Below are positions 45,461 through 54,725 of a DNA stretch of 64,000 nucleotides, one piece after another. Every line of letters begins with the position of its first letter. Within the stretch, counting starts at the first letter, position 1. The notes beneath the pieces are model-generated. The model did no database searches and had not been told where the DNA came from. It was given only the letters and a program-made list of their open reading frames with translations. Source of the stretch: a virus; IMG/VR virus record IMGVR_UViG_3300020056_002227, positions 1 to 64,000 of that record, one strand, 5' to 3'. Made by a program: the position numbers and the translations under genes.

Positions 45461-45917
45461 GTTTTTCTCCCATGTTGATGAAAGAGTATAGCATTCCAGC
45501 CTCATCAAACATTTGTTTTGAGTGCTGAAACTCTTTTTTCCATTTGTCTGGGTATTTATTGCTTTCTGGCATCACGACTCTCATGATACCACTACTGATT
45601 ACACCCTTTGCACACTCAGAGCAAACTGGCAATCCCCAAATATAGAGAGTAGATCTGTGTAAAGAGACACCATTACCAGCAGCATTATAAATTGCGTTCA
45701 TTTCTGCATGGACAGTATAACGGTACTTCTGCTCTTTATCTAATAAACGTTCGGTGAGATCAGCAACCTTACGAGGAAATCCATTGTACCCAGTCGCTAG
45801 AACTCTACGATTCTCATTAATGATTACAGCCCCTACCTGAGTGCTAGGATCTTTACTCCAGGTTGCAACCTCGCGAGCAAGGCGAAGAAACCTAATGTCC
45901 CAGTGATCATCGATCAT
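45450..45917 (-). CDS. dCMP deaminase
   Basis: SKDPSTQVGA, GYNGFP, HAEMNA, PVCSEC. Confidence 0.93.
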   Translation of the reverse strand: MIDDHWDIRFLRLAREVATWSKDPSTQVGAVIINENRRVLATGYNGFPRKVADLTERLLDKEQKYRYTVHAEMNAIYNAAGNGVSLHRSTLYIWGLPVCSECAKGVISSGIMRVVMPESNKYPDKWKKEFQHSKQMFDEAGMLYSFINMGEKHDN

Positions 45918-46035
45918 TGGAATAACCACCCTTATGCTTGCGATAACCCTTTGACGCAGCTTTCTTGCGATCAGTAAACGTGGCAGGTCGATTGAACTTT
46001 TCCATGTTCTTGGCCACGGGGTTACCTTTAATCAT
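45907..46035 (-). CDS. Small basic protein (42 aa)
   Basis: MIKGNPVAKNMEKFNRPATFTDRKKAASKGYRKHKGGYSNDR; overlaps both neighbours. Confidence 0.7.
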   Translation of the reverse strand: MIKGNPVAKNMEKFNRPATFTDRKKAASKGYRKHKGGYSNDR

Positions 46036-46267
46036 TCTCGGTTTCATCTTTCTTTATGTCCAGTACCTTACCGTCTTTAAAGGGTTGTACCTCGACAACC
46101 GTTTCGTTTTCAATCATTCGAATACACGTGAGTGTGATCTTAAGATCTTGTTCAAGGAAAGCAATTTTACGTTGAAGCTCTTGCAGATGTTCGTAGTATT
46201 GCTCGAGCTCTTTTTCTTTGCGTATCTTACTCTCAATGATATCCGTTAATGTGATGATCTCACTCAC
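46028..46267 (-). CDS. Coiled-coil hypothetical protein
   Basis: GAGGTG RBS; RKEKELE.Y...L.EL. Confidence 0.7.
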   Translation of the reverse strand: MSEIITLTDIIESKIRKEKELEQYYEHLQELQRKIAFLEQDLKITLTCIRMIENETVVEVQPFKDGKVLDIKKDETEND

Positions 46268-46275
46268 GAATCACC

Positions 46276-46485
46276 TCAAAGGCAGGCTGCAACTATTTCT
46301 CGTTGCTCCTTATGATCTCGTACAACACGGGCAAGGTGAGATTTCAGCATGGTAATTGCCAGATCTTTATCATCCGTGCCATACTCATTGAGGTATTTAT
46401 CAGCTAGGGCATCTACAAGGGCGTTAGACTCCTTATAGGTTAAGCCGGAACTAAATTTGAATGTGTCGATGTTATAACTACTCAT
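46276..46485 (-). CDS. Hypothetical protein
   Basis: 69 aa, AAGGA RBS. Confidence 0.65.
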   Translation of the reverse strand: MSSYNIDTFKFSSGLTYKESNALVDALADKYLNEYGTDDKDLAITMLKSHLARVVRDHKEQREIVAACL

Positions 46486-46516
46486 AATATATCCTTACAT
46501 TGGTTTCAAATCAAAT

Positions 46517-46593
46517 TGGCACGCCCGAGAGGATTCGAACCTCTGACCGATGGCTTAGAAGGCCATTGCTCTATCCAGCTGAGCTACGAGCGC
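46517..46593 (-). tRNA. tRNA-Arg(UCU)
   Basis: GCGCTCG..ATGGC-CTTCTAA-GCCAT..GGTTCGAATCC..GCCA. Confidence 0.96.
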
Positions 46594-46594
46594 A

Positions 46595-47026
46595 TTAGAG
46601 TCCATTCTCAAAGCCTTCGACCAGTTTCAACTGCAATCGTCGGGCTTCTTTTTCCCAAGGTTGATCCCAGTACTCTGCATTGGAGAAGTTGCGTTTCTTC
46701 CAATGGGTCAGTTGTGGGTTCAATTCACCACGGGCAAACTGCTTAATGTGTACAAATTCATGAGCAAGAATGCTCATCCAGTTGGAATACAGAGCAACAT
46801 CGATGATGAATGCCCGGGTACTCAGGGGTTCACAAAGACCCTCTGTGGTCGTTCCTCGTTCAACGACAATGTTATTATGAACACGAATCTGAATGGTCGT
46901 TTTGAGACGGCTGATTCCTAGTTGCCTTGCAAAGCTTTCGCAAGCAAGGGTCACCATACCTTGTAGAGATTTGGGTAGTTCACCTTCTTTGGGTCCGCAA
47001 ATCCATAAATCCATAAATCGACTCAC
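46595..47026 (-). CDS. Zincin-like metallopeptidase
   Basis: LAHEFVHIKQ; PWEKEA. Confidence 0.75.
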   Translation of the reverse strand: MSRFMDLWICGPKEGELPKSLQGMVTLACESFARQLGISRLKTTIQIRVHNNIVVERGTTTEGLCEPLSTRAFIIDVALYSNWMSILAHEFVHIKQFARGELNPQLTHWKKRNFSNAEYWDQPWEKEARRLQLKLVEGFENGL

Positions 47027-47178
47027 ATTATTAAAAGAAAGAAAAGGAACAGCACAACCAGGAGAATCGCATTATTGAATGCGAATTCCGCGACCTTGGC
47101 AACCAATCCCAATGCAACGGCGAATACAAATACAAACACCATAATGCAAAAGAGAAAGGTCATGATCACGGGATCCAT
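47023..47178 (-). CDS. Small hydrophobic protein (51 aa)
   Basis: MDPVIMTFLFCIMVFVFVFAVALG...; GTGA overlap with the peptidase start. Confidence 0.55.
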   Translation of the reverse strand: MDPVIMTFLFCIMVFVFVFAVALGLVAKVAEFAFNNAILLVVLFLFFLLIM

Positions 47179-47185
47179 AATTGTC

Positions 47186-47392
47186 TTAATACTCTGCTTC
47201 ACGGTAGGCTAGATCCTCTCGACCGATTTCGCTCAAATCGAAATCTTCAGCCCTGTCTATATAAAGAACAAATTCAGAATTTGACTTGGTGAGATTCTTG
47301 AGAGCCTTTGCATTTTTGCGCTTCTCTCGTCGATCGGCCAACTCCAATTCTCGCATTGCAAGTTCAACATCATCTAGGTCATTGTGGTACAT
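47186..47392 (-). CDS. Hypothetical early protein
   Basis: 68 aa directly after a promoter. Confidence 0.65.
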   Translation of the reverse strand: MYHNDLDDVELAMRELELADRREKRKNAKALKNLTKSNSEFVLYIDRAEDFDLSEIGREDLAYREAEY

Positions 47393-47422
47393 AATATATA
47401 TCTCTTCTCAATTGATGATATG

Positions 47423-47699
47423 ATTCTATCAAGCCCTAGGGCCCCTGTCAACATCTTTTTTCGGTTTTCTTAGAATATTTTGGAATATCGATATAACCAT
47501 TTGAGATGCACTTAGGAATAGATTCATTGTCTGATGGTAGACATTATATAGGGTAGCCGACCTACTGTCAACCCTTTTTTGCAATTTTTTTCAAAAAAAT
47601 TATGAACCGTAAGAAAATCAAATACTTAGCGGATTGACCCAAAAAATATCAATTTTTTTCAAAAAAATGGTTGACAGCCGTGGTCAATCCTGATACTAT
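47423..47699. promoter_or_regulatory. Divergent promoter hub with IHF box
   Basis: Minus promoters 47451-47423 and 47571-47543; plus promoter TTGACA-N17-TACTAT 47671-47699; AATCAAATACTTA (WATCAANNNNTTR) at 47616-47628; A/T tracts. Confidence 0.75.
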
Positions 47700-47725
47700 A
47701 TGATAGTTGAAATGGAGTGGTGTGA

Positions 47726-49555
47726 ATGAAACAGACCGAAGAGTTCCGAATTCTAACAGCGAGACAACACGTCCGTGAACGGATCGGTATGTATATGGGT
47801 TCATCTTCTAAAGAGGAGATCGAACGTTTCGTGCTGGGACAGTGGAAGAAAGCCACGTACGTTCCTGCACTATCGAAGATGGTAGATGAGATCCTCGACA
47901 ATGCGATCGATGAAGCGATTCGAACCAATTTCAAATTCGCCAATAAGATTAATGTATCTATAGATGGCAACAAGGTGATCGTTACTGACAACGGTCGAGG
48001 CATTCCCCAAGATGAGGTGTATGATGAGACGTCGGGTCAAAAGATCCTGCGGCCCGTTGCAGCGTGGACCAAGGTCAATGCAGGTACTTCATTTGATGAT
48101 GAAAGGGTAACGATCGGCACAAACGGTGTCGGGTCTGCTGCCACCAATTTCCTATCGGCCCAGTTTATCGGCCGCACCTGGCAGAACGGCAACCTCATCG
48201 AGGTCAAATGTAAGGGTGGTGCTGAACATACCGATGTAAAAGAGAAACAGCGAGATGGGTCAGGTACGGAGGTGACCTTTGTTGCTGATTTTGACCTTTT
48301 CGAGGTTGACAGTCTTGATGAGCTAGATACGGTCGCTCTGATTGAGGATCGATTGATCAGCCTTCAAATGGCCTTTCCTGAGATTGCATTCTCTTTCAAT
48401 AAGCGCCGAGTAAAGGTATCAGACCTCAAGAGATATGCAGCTCTGTACAGTGAATCATGCGTGATTGAGAAATCGAATAACCTGTCATTCTTCTTTGCAC
48501 CGTCTGAAGATGGTTTTCGAACCAACAGCTATGTAAATGGTGTGAATACTCGACAGGGTGGAACCTACGTCGACTACATCGTTAATGGTGTGATTGAAGA
48601 ATTAGTGTCGATGATCAAACGGAAGCACAAGGTTGAGGTAGCAAAGACTACGATCAAAGGTGGTCTCACCTTCATCAAATTCAGCCGTAATTTCATCAAC
48701 CCCAAATTCGACAGTCAGACGAAAGAACGGTTGACCAATCCCATGTCAAATGTACGAGATCATTTCGAAGCAGCTGGGGTTAAAGATTTCCAGGCCCTTG
48801 CTCGAAAGATTATGGGTACTCCCGATATCATTGACCCGATTATCGAGGCCCAACTAGCCAAGAAGATTGCAGCTGATAAACGTGCTGCAACACTTGCTCA
48901 GAAAAAGCTTCGAAAGGCCAAAGTGGCAAAACACATATCTGCTAACAGTGAAGATGCCACCCTTAAGATTGTCGAGGGTGATTCGGCCATGGGGTTCCTA
49001 TTGAAGGTTCGGGATCCCAATAAGGTCGGGGCTTACCCTCTTCGTGGTGTCATTATGAACACCTGGGATATGGCTCCGGCCAATGTATTGAAGAACAAGG
49101 AATTGAGTGAATTGGTAGCCGTGTTGGGGTTAGATATCAACGACCCAGATAGTGTCGATAATATGACCTATCGAAACGTTGCAACTCTAACCGATGCTGA
49201 CCATGACGGTATTGGTCATATCAGCCCTCTACTGATTGCCTTCTTCTACAAATTCTGGCCTCGACTGCTCAGCGAGAAGAGAGTCAAGATAACCAGAACA
49301 CCTATAATGATCTCTACAAAGGGCACGGATGTTAAGTGGTTCTATACCTATGAAGAGGCTAATTCATTCAAGGCGGAGAACACCAGCTGGAAACATAGAT
49401 ATATCAAAGGCTTGGGATCTCTCCGTGAAGATGAATACAACAGTATTATTAATGATCCGGTCTACGATACCGTGACAGTTGATGATGCTTCAATTTTCCA
49501 AATGATGTTTGGTTCTGATGCTCAATTACGAAAGGAGTTCATGTTCAATGGTTGA
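47726..49555 (+). CDS. Type II topoisomerase large subunit (gp39+60 fused)
   Basis: EILDNAID, DNGRGIP, GTNGVG, EGDSA, PLRG, TDADHDG, YIKGLGS. Confidence 0.95.
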   Translation: MKQTEEFRILTARQHVRERIGMYMGSSSKEEIERFVLGQWKKATYVPALSKMVDEILDNAIDEAIRTNFKFANKINVSIDGNKVIVTDNGRGIPQDEVYDETSGQKILRPVAAWTKVNAGTSFDDERVTIGTNGVGSAATNFLSAQFIGRTWQNGNLIEVKCKGGAEHTDVKEKQRDGSGTEVTFVADFDLFEVDSLDELDTVALIEDRLISLQMAFPEIAFSFNKRRVKVSDLKRYAALYSESCVIEKSNNLSFFFAPSEDGFRTNSYVNGVNTRQGGTYVDYIVNGVIEELVSMIKRKHKVEVAKTTIKGGLTFIKFSRNFINPKFDSQTKERLTNPMSNVRDHFEAAGVKDFQALARKIMGTPDIIDPIIEAQLAKKIAADKRAATLAQKKLRKAKVAKHISANSEDATLKIVEGDSAMGFLLKVRDPNKVGAYPLRGVIMNTWDMAPANVLKNKELSELVAVLGLDINDPDSVDNMTYRNVATLTDADHDGIGHISPLLIAFFYKFWPRLLSEKRVKITRTPIMISTKGTDVKWFYTYEEANSFKAENTSWKHRYIKGLGSLREDEYNSIINDPVYDTVTVDDASIFQMMFGSDAQLRKEFMFNG

Positions 49556-50912
49556 TATCACCGCGTTTGCTGAAGAGGTCAACAATACAAACGACTACCC
49601 AATCTCGGCTGTTGCCAAGAATGAGTGGTTGTCTTTTGCCAAATACACCGTAGAGGCTCGAGCAATCCCTAACATGATTGATGGGATGAAACCTGTTCAG
49701 AGGTTCTACCTCTACTCATCGATTATGAATTCCAAGCGAGATTTCAAAAAGGTCTCTGCTGTATCTGGTATCATTTCTGATTATGGATACAATCATGGTG
49801 AATCCTCTGCTGCTGGTGCTGGACAGTTAATGGCTGCAGAATGGAATAACAATATCTGCCTGGTAGAAGGTCGTGGTTCGTTTGGTACACGATTGATTCA
49901 AGAAGCTGGTGCACCTCGATACGTCTACACCCGACTCCACGAAAACTTTGACCGGTACATTAAAGACATTGATTTGTCCCCGAAACACGAAGACCCAGAA
50001 CACGAACCCCCGGCATTCTATCTACCCACAATCCCTCTGGTTTTGGCAAATGGTACGAAGGGTATTGCAACTGGATTTGCAACTAACATCTTACCTCGAT
50101 GCCCGAAAGATTTGCTCAAAAAGTGCGAAGACTACGTTACCTTCGGTAAGATTACACGAAACCCCAAAATCAAGTTTCCCGATTTTACCGGCAAGGTCTT
50201 GGCTGATCCTGAATCACCCAACAAGTGGATTGCATATGGCTCCTACGAGAAGACCTCGAAGACCGTAATGCAGATTACTGAGGTACCCTATGGGTTCGAC
50301 CGAGAATCATATGTAAAGGTCTTGGATAAACTCGAAGAAGATGGTGATATCGTCGGGTACGATGATCTATGTGATAAGAACGGTTTCCGTTTCGAAGTAA
50401 AATTGAAACAGGTCACATCAGCAAAATGGAATGATGCAAAGATCATTTCCAAATTCAAGCTCAGTAAGTCGTTTGTGGAGAACCTTACTGTGATCGACTT
50501 CGATGGCAAACTTCGTGAATATGATGACCCTCGACAACTGATTGCTGACTTCTGCGAATATCGTCTGGGTGTTTTGTCTCAACGAATTGATTTGAAAAAG
50601 AGTGAACTTGAAGAATTGAACCGATGGTTGAATATTAAGATTCAGTTCATTCAAGCAGTACTGGATAACCAAATTGAGTTTAAAAACAAAAAGAAGGCAC
50701 AGGTTGGAAAGCAGATTCTTCAAAACACGGATGCAATGGAAACTGATGTTGATCGTCTGCTCCGTATAAATATTATGAGCCTCACCGATGAGATGGTGAA
50801 AGATCTCAAAAAAGAAATTGCCCAAGCCAAGAAAGACCTGGCCTTTTGGAAAAAAGAAACACCAAAGAACCAGTTTATCTCCGACCTTGACGAATTGCGG
50901 AATCAAAAATGA
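49548..50912 (+). CDS. Type II topoisomerase medium subunit (gp52)
   Basis: RAIP..IDGMKPVQR, YNHGE, APRY catalytic Tyr, GIATGF. Confidence 0.95.
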   Translation: MVDITAFAEEVNNTNDYPISAVAKNEWLSFAKYTVEARAIPNMIDGMKPVQRFYLYSSIMNSKRDFKKVSAVSGIISDYGYNHGESSAAGAGQLMAAEWNNNICLVEGRGSFGTRLIQEAGAPRYVYTRLHENFDRYIKDIDLSPKHEDPEHEPPAFYLPTIPLVLANGTKGIATGFATNILPRCPKDLLKKCEDYVTFGKITRNPKIKFPDFTGKVLADPESPNKWIAYGSYEKTSKTVMQITEVPYGFDRESYVKVLDKLEEDGDIVGYDDLCDKNGFRFEVKLKQVTSAKWNDAKIISKFKLSKSFVENLTVIDFDGKLREYDDPRQLIADFCEYRLGVLSQRIDLKKSELEELNRWLNIKIQFIQAVLDNQIEFKNKKKAQVGKQILQNTDAMETDVDRLLRINIMSLTDEMVKDLKKEIAQAKKDLAFWKKETPKNQFISDLDELRNQK

Positions 50913-51400
50913 TTACTAACTACCTATCACCGGCATCATTTACAATCTCAATTGAGAGATTGCCAAACGTAGAGTTCTTCACACAGACTCTTACGATCCC
51001 GGATATCTCTACCTCTCCGGTCGAGGTAGCAAATCCACTAAAGGCACTGTATGCGACCGGTGATCGTGTCACCTATGGTGACCTAGACCTCAGCTTTGTC
51101 GTCGACGAAGATATGAATAACTATCTTGAGATTTTGGGTTGGCTCGAAGGTATTGGTTTCCCCGATGATAGCAATCAGTATAAGGCTCTTGAGAGTAGTA
51201 AAGCTGGTATTGTAAGTGATATTCGGGTGATCATTCAAAACAGCCACAAAAACCCGAACATAGAATTCGTATTCACAAACGCATTCCCCACAAGTATGTC
51301 GAGTGTCGAACTCGATATATCTCAATCTGATATCACATACCCAAAGGCAAATGTCTCATTTCGATATGATGATTTTAAAGTGAACAAAATTAATCGTTGA
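50909..51400 (+). CDS. Tail completion/tube-terminator protein (gp3-like)
   Basis: NYLSP..F...RLPNVEFF.Q; F.VDEDM.NY.EI..W; F..AFP. Confidence 0.75.
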   Translation: MITNYLSPASFTISIERLPNVEFFTQTLTIPDISTSPVEVANPLKALYATGDRVTYGDLDLSFVVDEDMNNYLEILGWLEGIGFPDDSNQYKALESSKAGIVSDIRVIIQNSHKNPNIEFVFTNAFPTSMSSVELDISQSDITYPKANVSFRYDDFKVNKINR

Positions 51401-51425
51401 CAGCCTGGTTAAAACTTGATATAAT
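51397..51425 (+). promoter_or_regulatory. sigma70-type promoter
   Basis: TTGACA-N17-TATAAT. Confidence 0.8.
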
Positions 51426-51433
51426 GATGAATT

Positions 51434-51976
51434 ATGAAACCAGTAATTCTATACAAGCACTTTGATCAAAAATTTGTCGATGAGATTTTAGCATTCCGAA
51501 CAGGATCGAGTTGGTTCAAAGGTCATATTCAGACCCAACCCAACTGGCCTACGATATATGATCCTATGACTCGACAAGTAGACTGTATCGAAATCAACGA
51601 TCAGTCCGTAAAGGACTTGCTATTCAAAGCAGCCCAAGAATATAACGATGGTATGGATATCACCCATATCGGCGAAGTACATCTTCTACGATATAATACT
51701 GGTGGTAAATTTATATGGCATTCAGATGTTTTAGAGAAAAGAGAACATCAAAGAAAGCTTACAATGGTCGTTCAGCTGTCAGAGCCAGAAAATTATGAAG
51801 GTGGAAAATTACAGGTTGCTGGGTTTGGAATGGAACCGTTTAGACATCTTGGTGATCTAACCATCTTCCCTTCTAATATGAGGCACAGGGTAACACCGGT
51901 TACCAAGGGAGTTCGATATTCCCTTATCACATGGATTTACGGACCTCCCCGACCATTAGATGAGGATTGGCACTAG
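51434..51976 (+). CDS. 2OG-Fe(II) oxygenase
   Basis: WHSD, RKLT, YEGG.L, FPS..RHRVTPVTKG.RYSL. Confidence 0.9.
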   Translation: MKPVILYKHFDQKFVDEILAFRTGSSWFKGHIQTQPNWPTIYDPMTRQVDCIEINDQSVKDLLFKAAQEYNDGMDITHIGEVHLLRYNTGGKFIWHSDVLEKREHQRKLTMVVQLSEPENYEGGKLQVAGFGMEPFRHLGDLTIFPSNMRHRVTPVTKGVRYSLITWIYGPPRPLDEDWH

Positions 51977-51985
51977 GAGTTTATA

Positions 51986-52423
51986 ATGAGTACTGAAGAC
52001 ATAAGTGAAATGTGGTCAAAGGATGCACCGATTGATGAAACCGATCTCGTATCTGAAAGTCGTCGAATACCCAAACTACACAGCAAATACTATAATATGT
52101 ATTTCAAAGAAGTTTTGCGTATTAAGAAATTGAAAGCAGAATACAAGCAATTAGAACACGACAAACGAGAATACTATGATGGGTCTATGGCTGAAGAGGA
52201 TCTGAAAGATCGTGGCTGGAGACCATACCAGAAAAAGGTTTTGCGAAATGAGGTCGACAAATATATCCAGGCAGATAAAGATATCATCCAGCACAGTTTA
52301 AAGATTGACTATCATACTGCTCGAGCATCTTATTTCGAAGACATCATTAAGATGATTCACTCTCGCAATTTCATTATTAAGAATATGCTGGATGTAATGA
52401 AATTCCAGTCCGGCGATTATTGA
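51986..52423 (+). CDS. uvsY: Recombination mediator
   Basis: W.KD..ID, IPKLHSKY, YY.G, YI.AD, R.F.IKN. Confidence 0.9.
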   Translation: MSTEDISEMWSKDAPIDETDLVSESRRIPKLHSKYYNMYFKEVLRIKKLKAEYKQLEHDKREYYDGSMAEEDLKDRGWRPYQKKVLRNEVDKYIQADKDIIQHSLKIDYHTARASYFEDIIKMIHSRNFIIKNMLDVMKFQSGDY

Positions 52424-52647
52424 TGAAAGAGCAAACTAAGCGAATTCACAAAGAGACATTCACTCAGGTAATTACCGGCATTGTAATTAACTATCCGCTA
52501 AATCTTTTGATGCTCTATACCTTCATAGAGGTCTGGAAAATTCTCGACCCAGTGACAATCAGTATCATGACCACAATTGGATTCACTGTTGTGGCTTACG
52601 CTAGAATCTTTCTGCTCCGTTCCTATTTTTCCAAGAGGTATAAATAG
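52420..52647 (+). CDS. Small membrane protein
   Basis: Two TM segments. Confidence 0.65.
   Translation: MMKEQTKRIHKETFTQVITGIVINYPLNLLMLYTFIEVWKILDPVTISIMTTIGFTVVAYARIFLLRSYFSKRYK
52639..52646 (+). promoter_or_regulatory. T4-type late promoter for uvsW
   Basis: TATAAATA 33 nt before the ATG. Confidence 0.7.
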
Positions 52648-52678
52648 GTAAAACGGCAATGAAAGGTTTATCTAAATC

Positions 52679-54172
52679 ATGGGTGACGTGGTCAACGTCG
52701 AATATATCAATTCAGTTCACATGAAAGTTACTGCTGATCCAGGCATTCGACAAGAAATTTCCGAATACTTTTCGTTCAAACCTGAAGGGTGGCAATTCAA
52801 CCCTAAGGTGAGAGCACGTGTTTGGGATGGCACCATTCGTTTGTATCAACCCATGAGACCAACTCTTTATGTGGGTCTATTACCCAAACTGAGAGAATTT
52901 TGCGAAGCCCGAGACTATCACCTGAATGTACCAGATGAGATCGGCTTAGATGAAAAGATCGACGATGATTACGGTATCGAGTTGGCAAAAGAGATCAACT
53001 GCAAATTCATACCTCGTGATTATCAGAATGATTATGTGGTCAATGCACTCCGCAAGCGACGATCTCTGTCATTAAGCCCCACATCATCGGGTAAATCATT
53101 GATCATTTATTTGATCCAGCAGCATTATTACCAGGCGTTTGGCCATCGCACCCTAATCATTGTACCTACAATATCTCTGGTGCACCAGATGGCCGGGGAT
53201 TTTATGGATTATGGTTGTGACGAGAGTTTGATTTACCGAATCCAAGGTGGTATTGATAAGAATACCAAATCACCTATTGTGATCAGTACGTGGCAGTCGA
53301 TTGTGAAACAACCAAAAGATTGGTTTGCACAATTTAGAGTGGTGTTGGGTGATGAGGCACACACATTCCAAGCCAAATCTCTCACCACAATAATGGAAAA
53401 ATTAGTCGACTGTGAGTACCGACACGGATTTACGGGCACATTAAAATCATCTGAAAGTAAAACTCACCAGATGGTGCTGGAGGGGTGTTTCGGCGAAGTG
53501 AAAAGATATGTTGCAACGAAAGACCTAATGGAAGATGGTACCGTTGCTGATTTTGAAGTCAAGGCGATTGTTCTCTCACACTCTAATGACACGCGCAAGG
53601 TGTTCAAAGATGCACTGCGACAGGTGAAAGATAACAGCAGGAAATACCCGGCTGAAAGAGAGTTCATTGTCAATCACGAGAAACGAAATAACTTCATTAA
53701 GAATCTCGTTCATAGCCTAGAAGGTCAAAATAATTTGATTTTATTTGATCTCGTGGAGAAACATGGCAAGATTCTGGAGCCTCTTCTAAGGAAGGAGGGT
53801 AGAGAGCTACATTTCATTTACGGTGGAACAAAGGGAGAGGAACGTGAAAGAATTAGACACTTGGTTGAAAATGATCCTGATAAGAAACATGACATTCTTG
53901 CCTCTTATGGAGTATTTAGTACTGGGGTTAATTTGCGTCGGCTTGATAATGTAATCTTTGCATCAAGCAGTAAATCAGAAATCAAGGTACTTCAGAGTAT
54001 CGGTAGAACACTACGAAAAGGTAATGGATCAGACAAGGCAACACTCTATGACATTACTGATGACCTCAGTGTAGGGTCATTTCAGAACTACACACTCAAG
54101 CACTTTCGACAGCGCATCGACATCTACTCGAACGAACAGTTCAAATTCAAAATCTATACAATCGATATCTAA
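52679..54172 (+). CDS. uvsW: SF2 DNA helicase
   Basis: PRDYQ, SPTSSGKS, DEAH, GFTGT, LQSIGR.LR. Confidence 0.95.
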   Translation: MGDVVNVEYINSVHMKVTADPGIRQEISEYFSFKPEGWQFNPKVRARVWDGTIRLYQPMRPTLYVGLLPKLREFCEARDYHLNVPDEIGLDEKIDDDYGIELAKEINCKFIPRDYQNDYVVNALRKRRSLSLSPTSSGKSLIIYLIQQHYYQAFGHRTLIIVPTISLVHQMAGDFMDYGCDESLIYRIQGGIDKNTKSPIVISTWQSIVKQPKDWFAQFRVVLGDEAHTFQAKSLTTIMEKLVDCEYRHGFTGTLKSSESKTHQMVLEGCFGEVKRYVATKDLMEDGTVADFEVKAIVLSHSNDTRKVFKDALRQVKDNSRKYPAEREFIVNHEKRNNFIKNLVHSLEGQNNLILFDLVEKHGKILEPLLRKEGRELHFIYGGTKGEERERIRHLVENDPDKKHDILASYGVFSTGVNLRRLDNVIFASSSKSEIKVLQSIGRTLRKGNGSDKATLYDITDDLSVGSFQNYTLKHFRQRIDIYSNEQFKFKIYTIDI

Positions 54173-54180
54173 AATAGTTG

Positions 54181-54209
54181 TTGACTTTTAGCCGAATCTG
54201 GTGTAAAAT
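54181..54209 (+). promoter_or_regulatory. sigma70-type promoter
   Basis: TTGACT-N17-TAAAAT. Confidence 0.65.
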
Positions 54210-54244
54210 GATACCCTAATTTTAATATCGCATTGGAGGTAATA

Positions 54245-54718
54245 ATGGCTAAGAACTATGTAAACAATAAAAGTTTACTGCAAGCCCTCATCGATTACAA
54301 AGCGGCCTGTAAAGAGGCTGAAGATTCTGGTGAACCCAATCCTAAAATTCCAGAATATATCGGGGAGTGTATTTTTCTAATCTCAACCAGACTTGCAACG
54401 AAACCTAACTTCTCTGGCTATTCTTATAAGGATGATATGATCTCTGATGGTATTGAGAACTGCATTCAATATATCCACAATTTTGACCCAGAGAAATCTG
54501 AAAATCCTTTCGCATATTTCACACAGATTATTTGGTTTGCGTTTCTTCGTCGAATCCAAAAAGAAAAGAAGCAAATGTATATCAAGTTCAAGTCCTCTCA
54601 GGCAATGATGACGGAAGCAGCTATCATGGATTCAAGTGACGTTCAGGTGCAACTGAATGAACCACCCGAATACATTGCAGAGTTCATTAAGGAATTTGAG
54701 TCTAAAAACAAAAAATGA
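54245..54718 (+). CDS. Late sigma factor (gp55)
   Basis: YVNNK, PNFSGYSY, MISDGIENC, NPFAYFTQI..FAFLRRI.KEK. Confidence 0.95.
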   Translation: MAKNYVNNKSLLQALIDYKAACKEAEDSGEPNPKIPEYIGECIFLISTRLATKPNFSGYSYKDDMISDGIENCIQYIHNFDPEKSENPFAYFTQIIWFAFLRRIQKEKKQMYIKFKSSQAMMTEAAIMDSSDVQVQLNEPPEYIAEFIKEFESKNKK

Positions 54719-54725
54719 GGTGTGA

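Noticed and set aside
46516-46746. 76-aa plus-strand ORF
   Set aside because: Antisense reading of tRNA-Arg and the peptidase gene
51434-51976. 2OG-Fe(II) oxygenase as the TET/JBP partner of the glycosyltransferases
   Set aside because: Motifs match the common PKHD/prolyl-hydroxylase type of marine phages, and it is 9 kb from the operon
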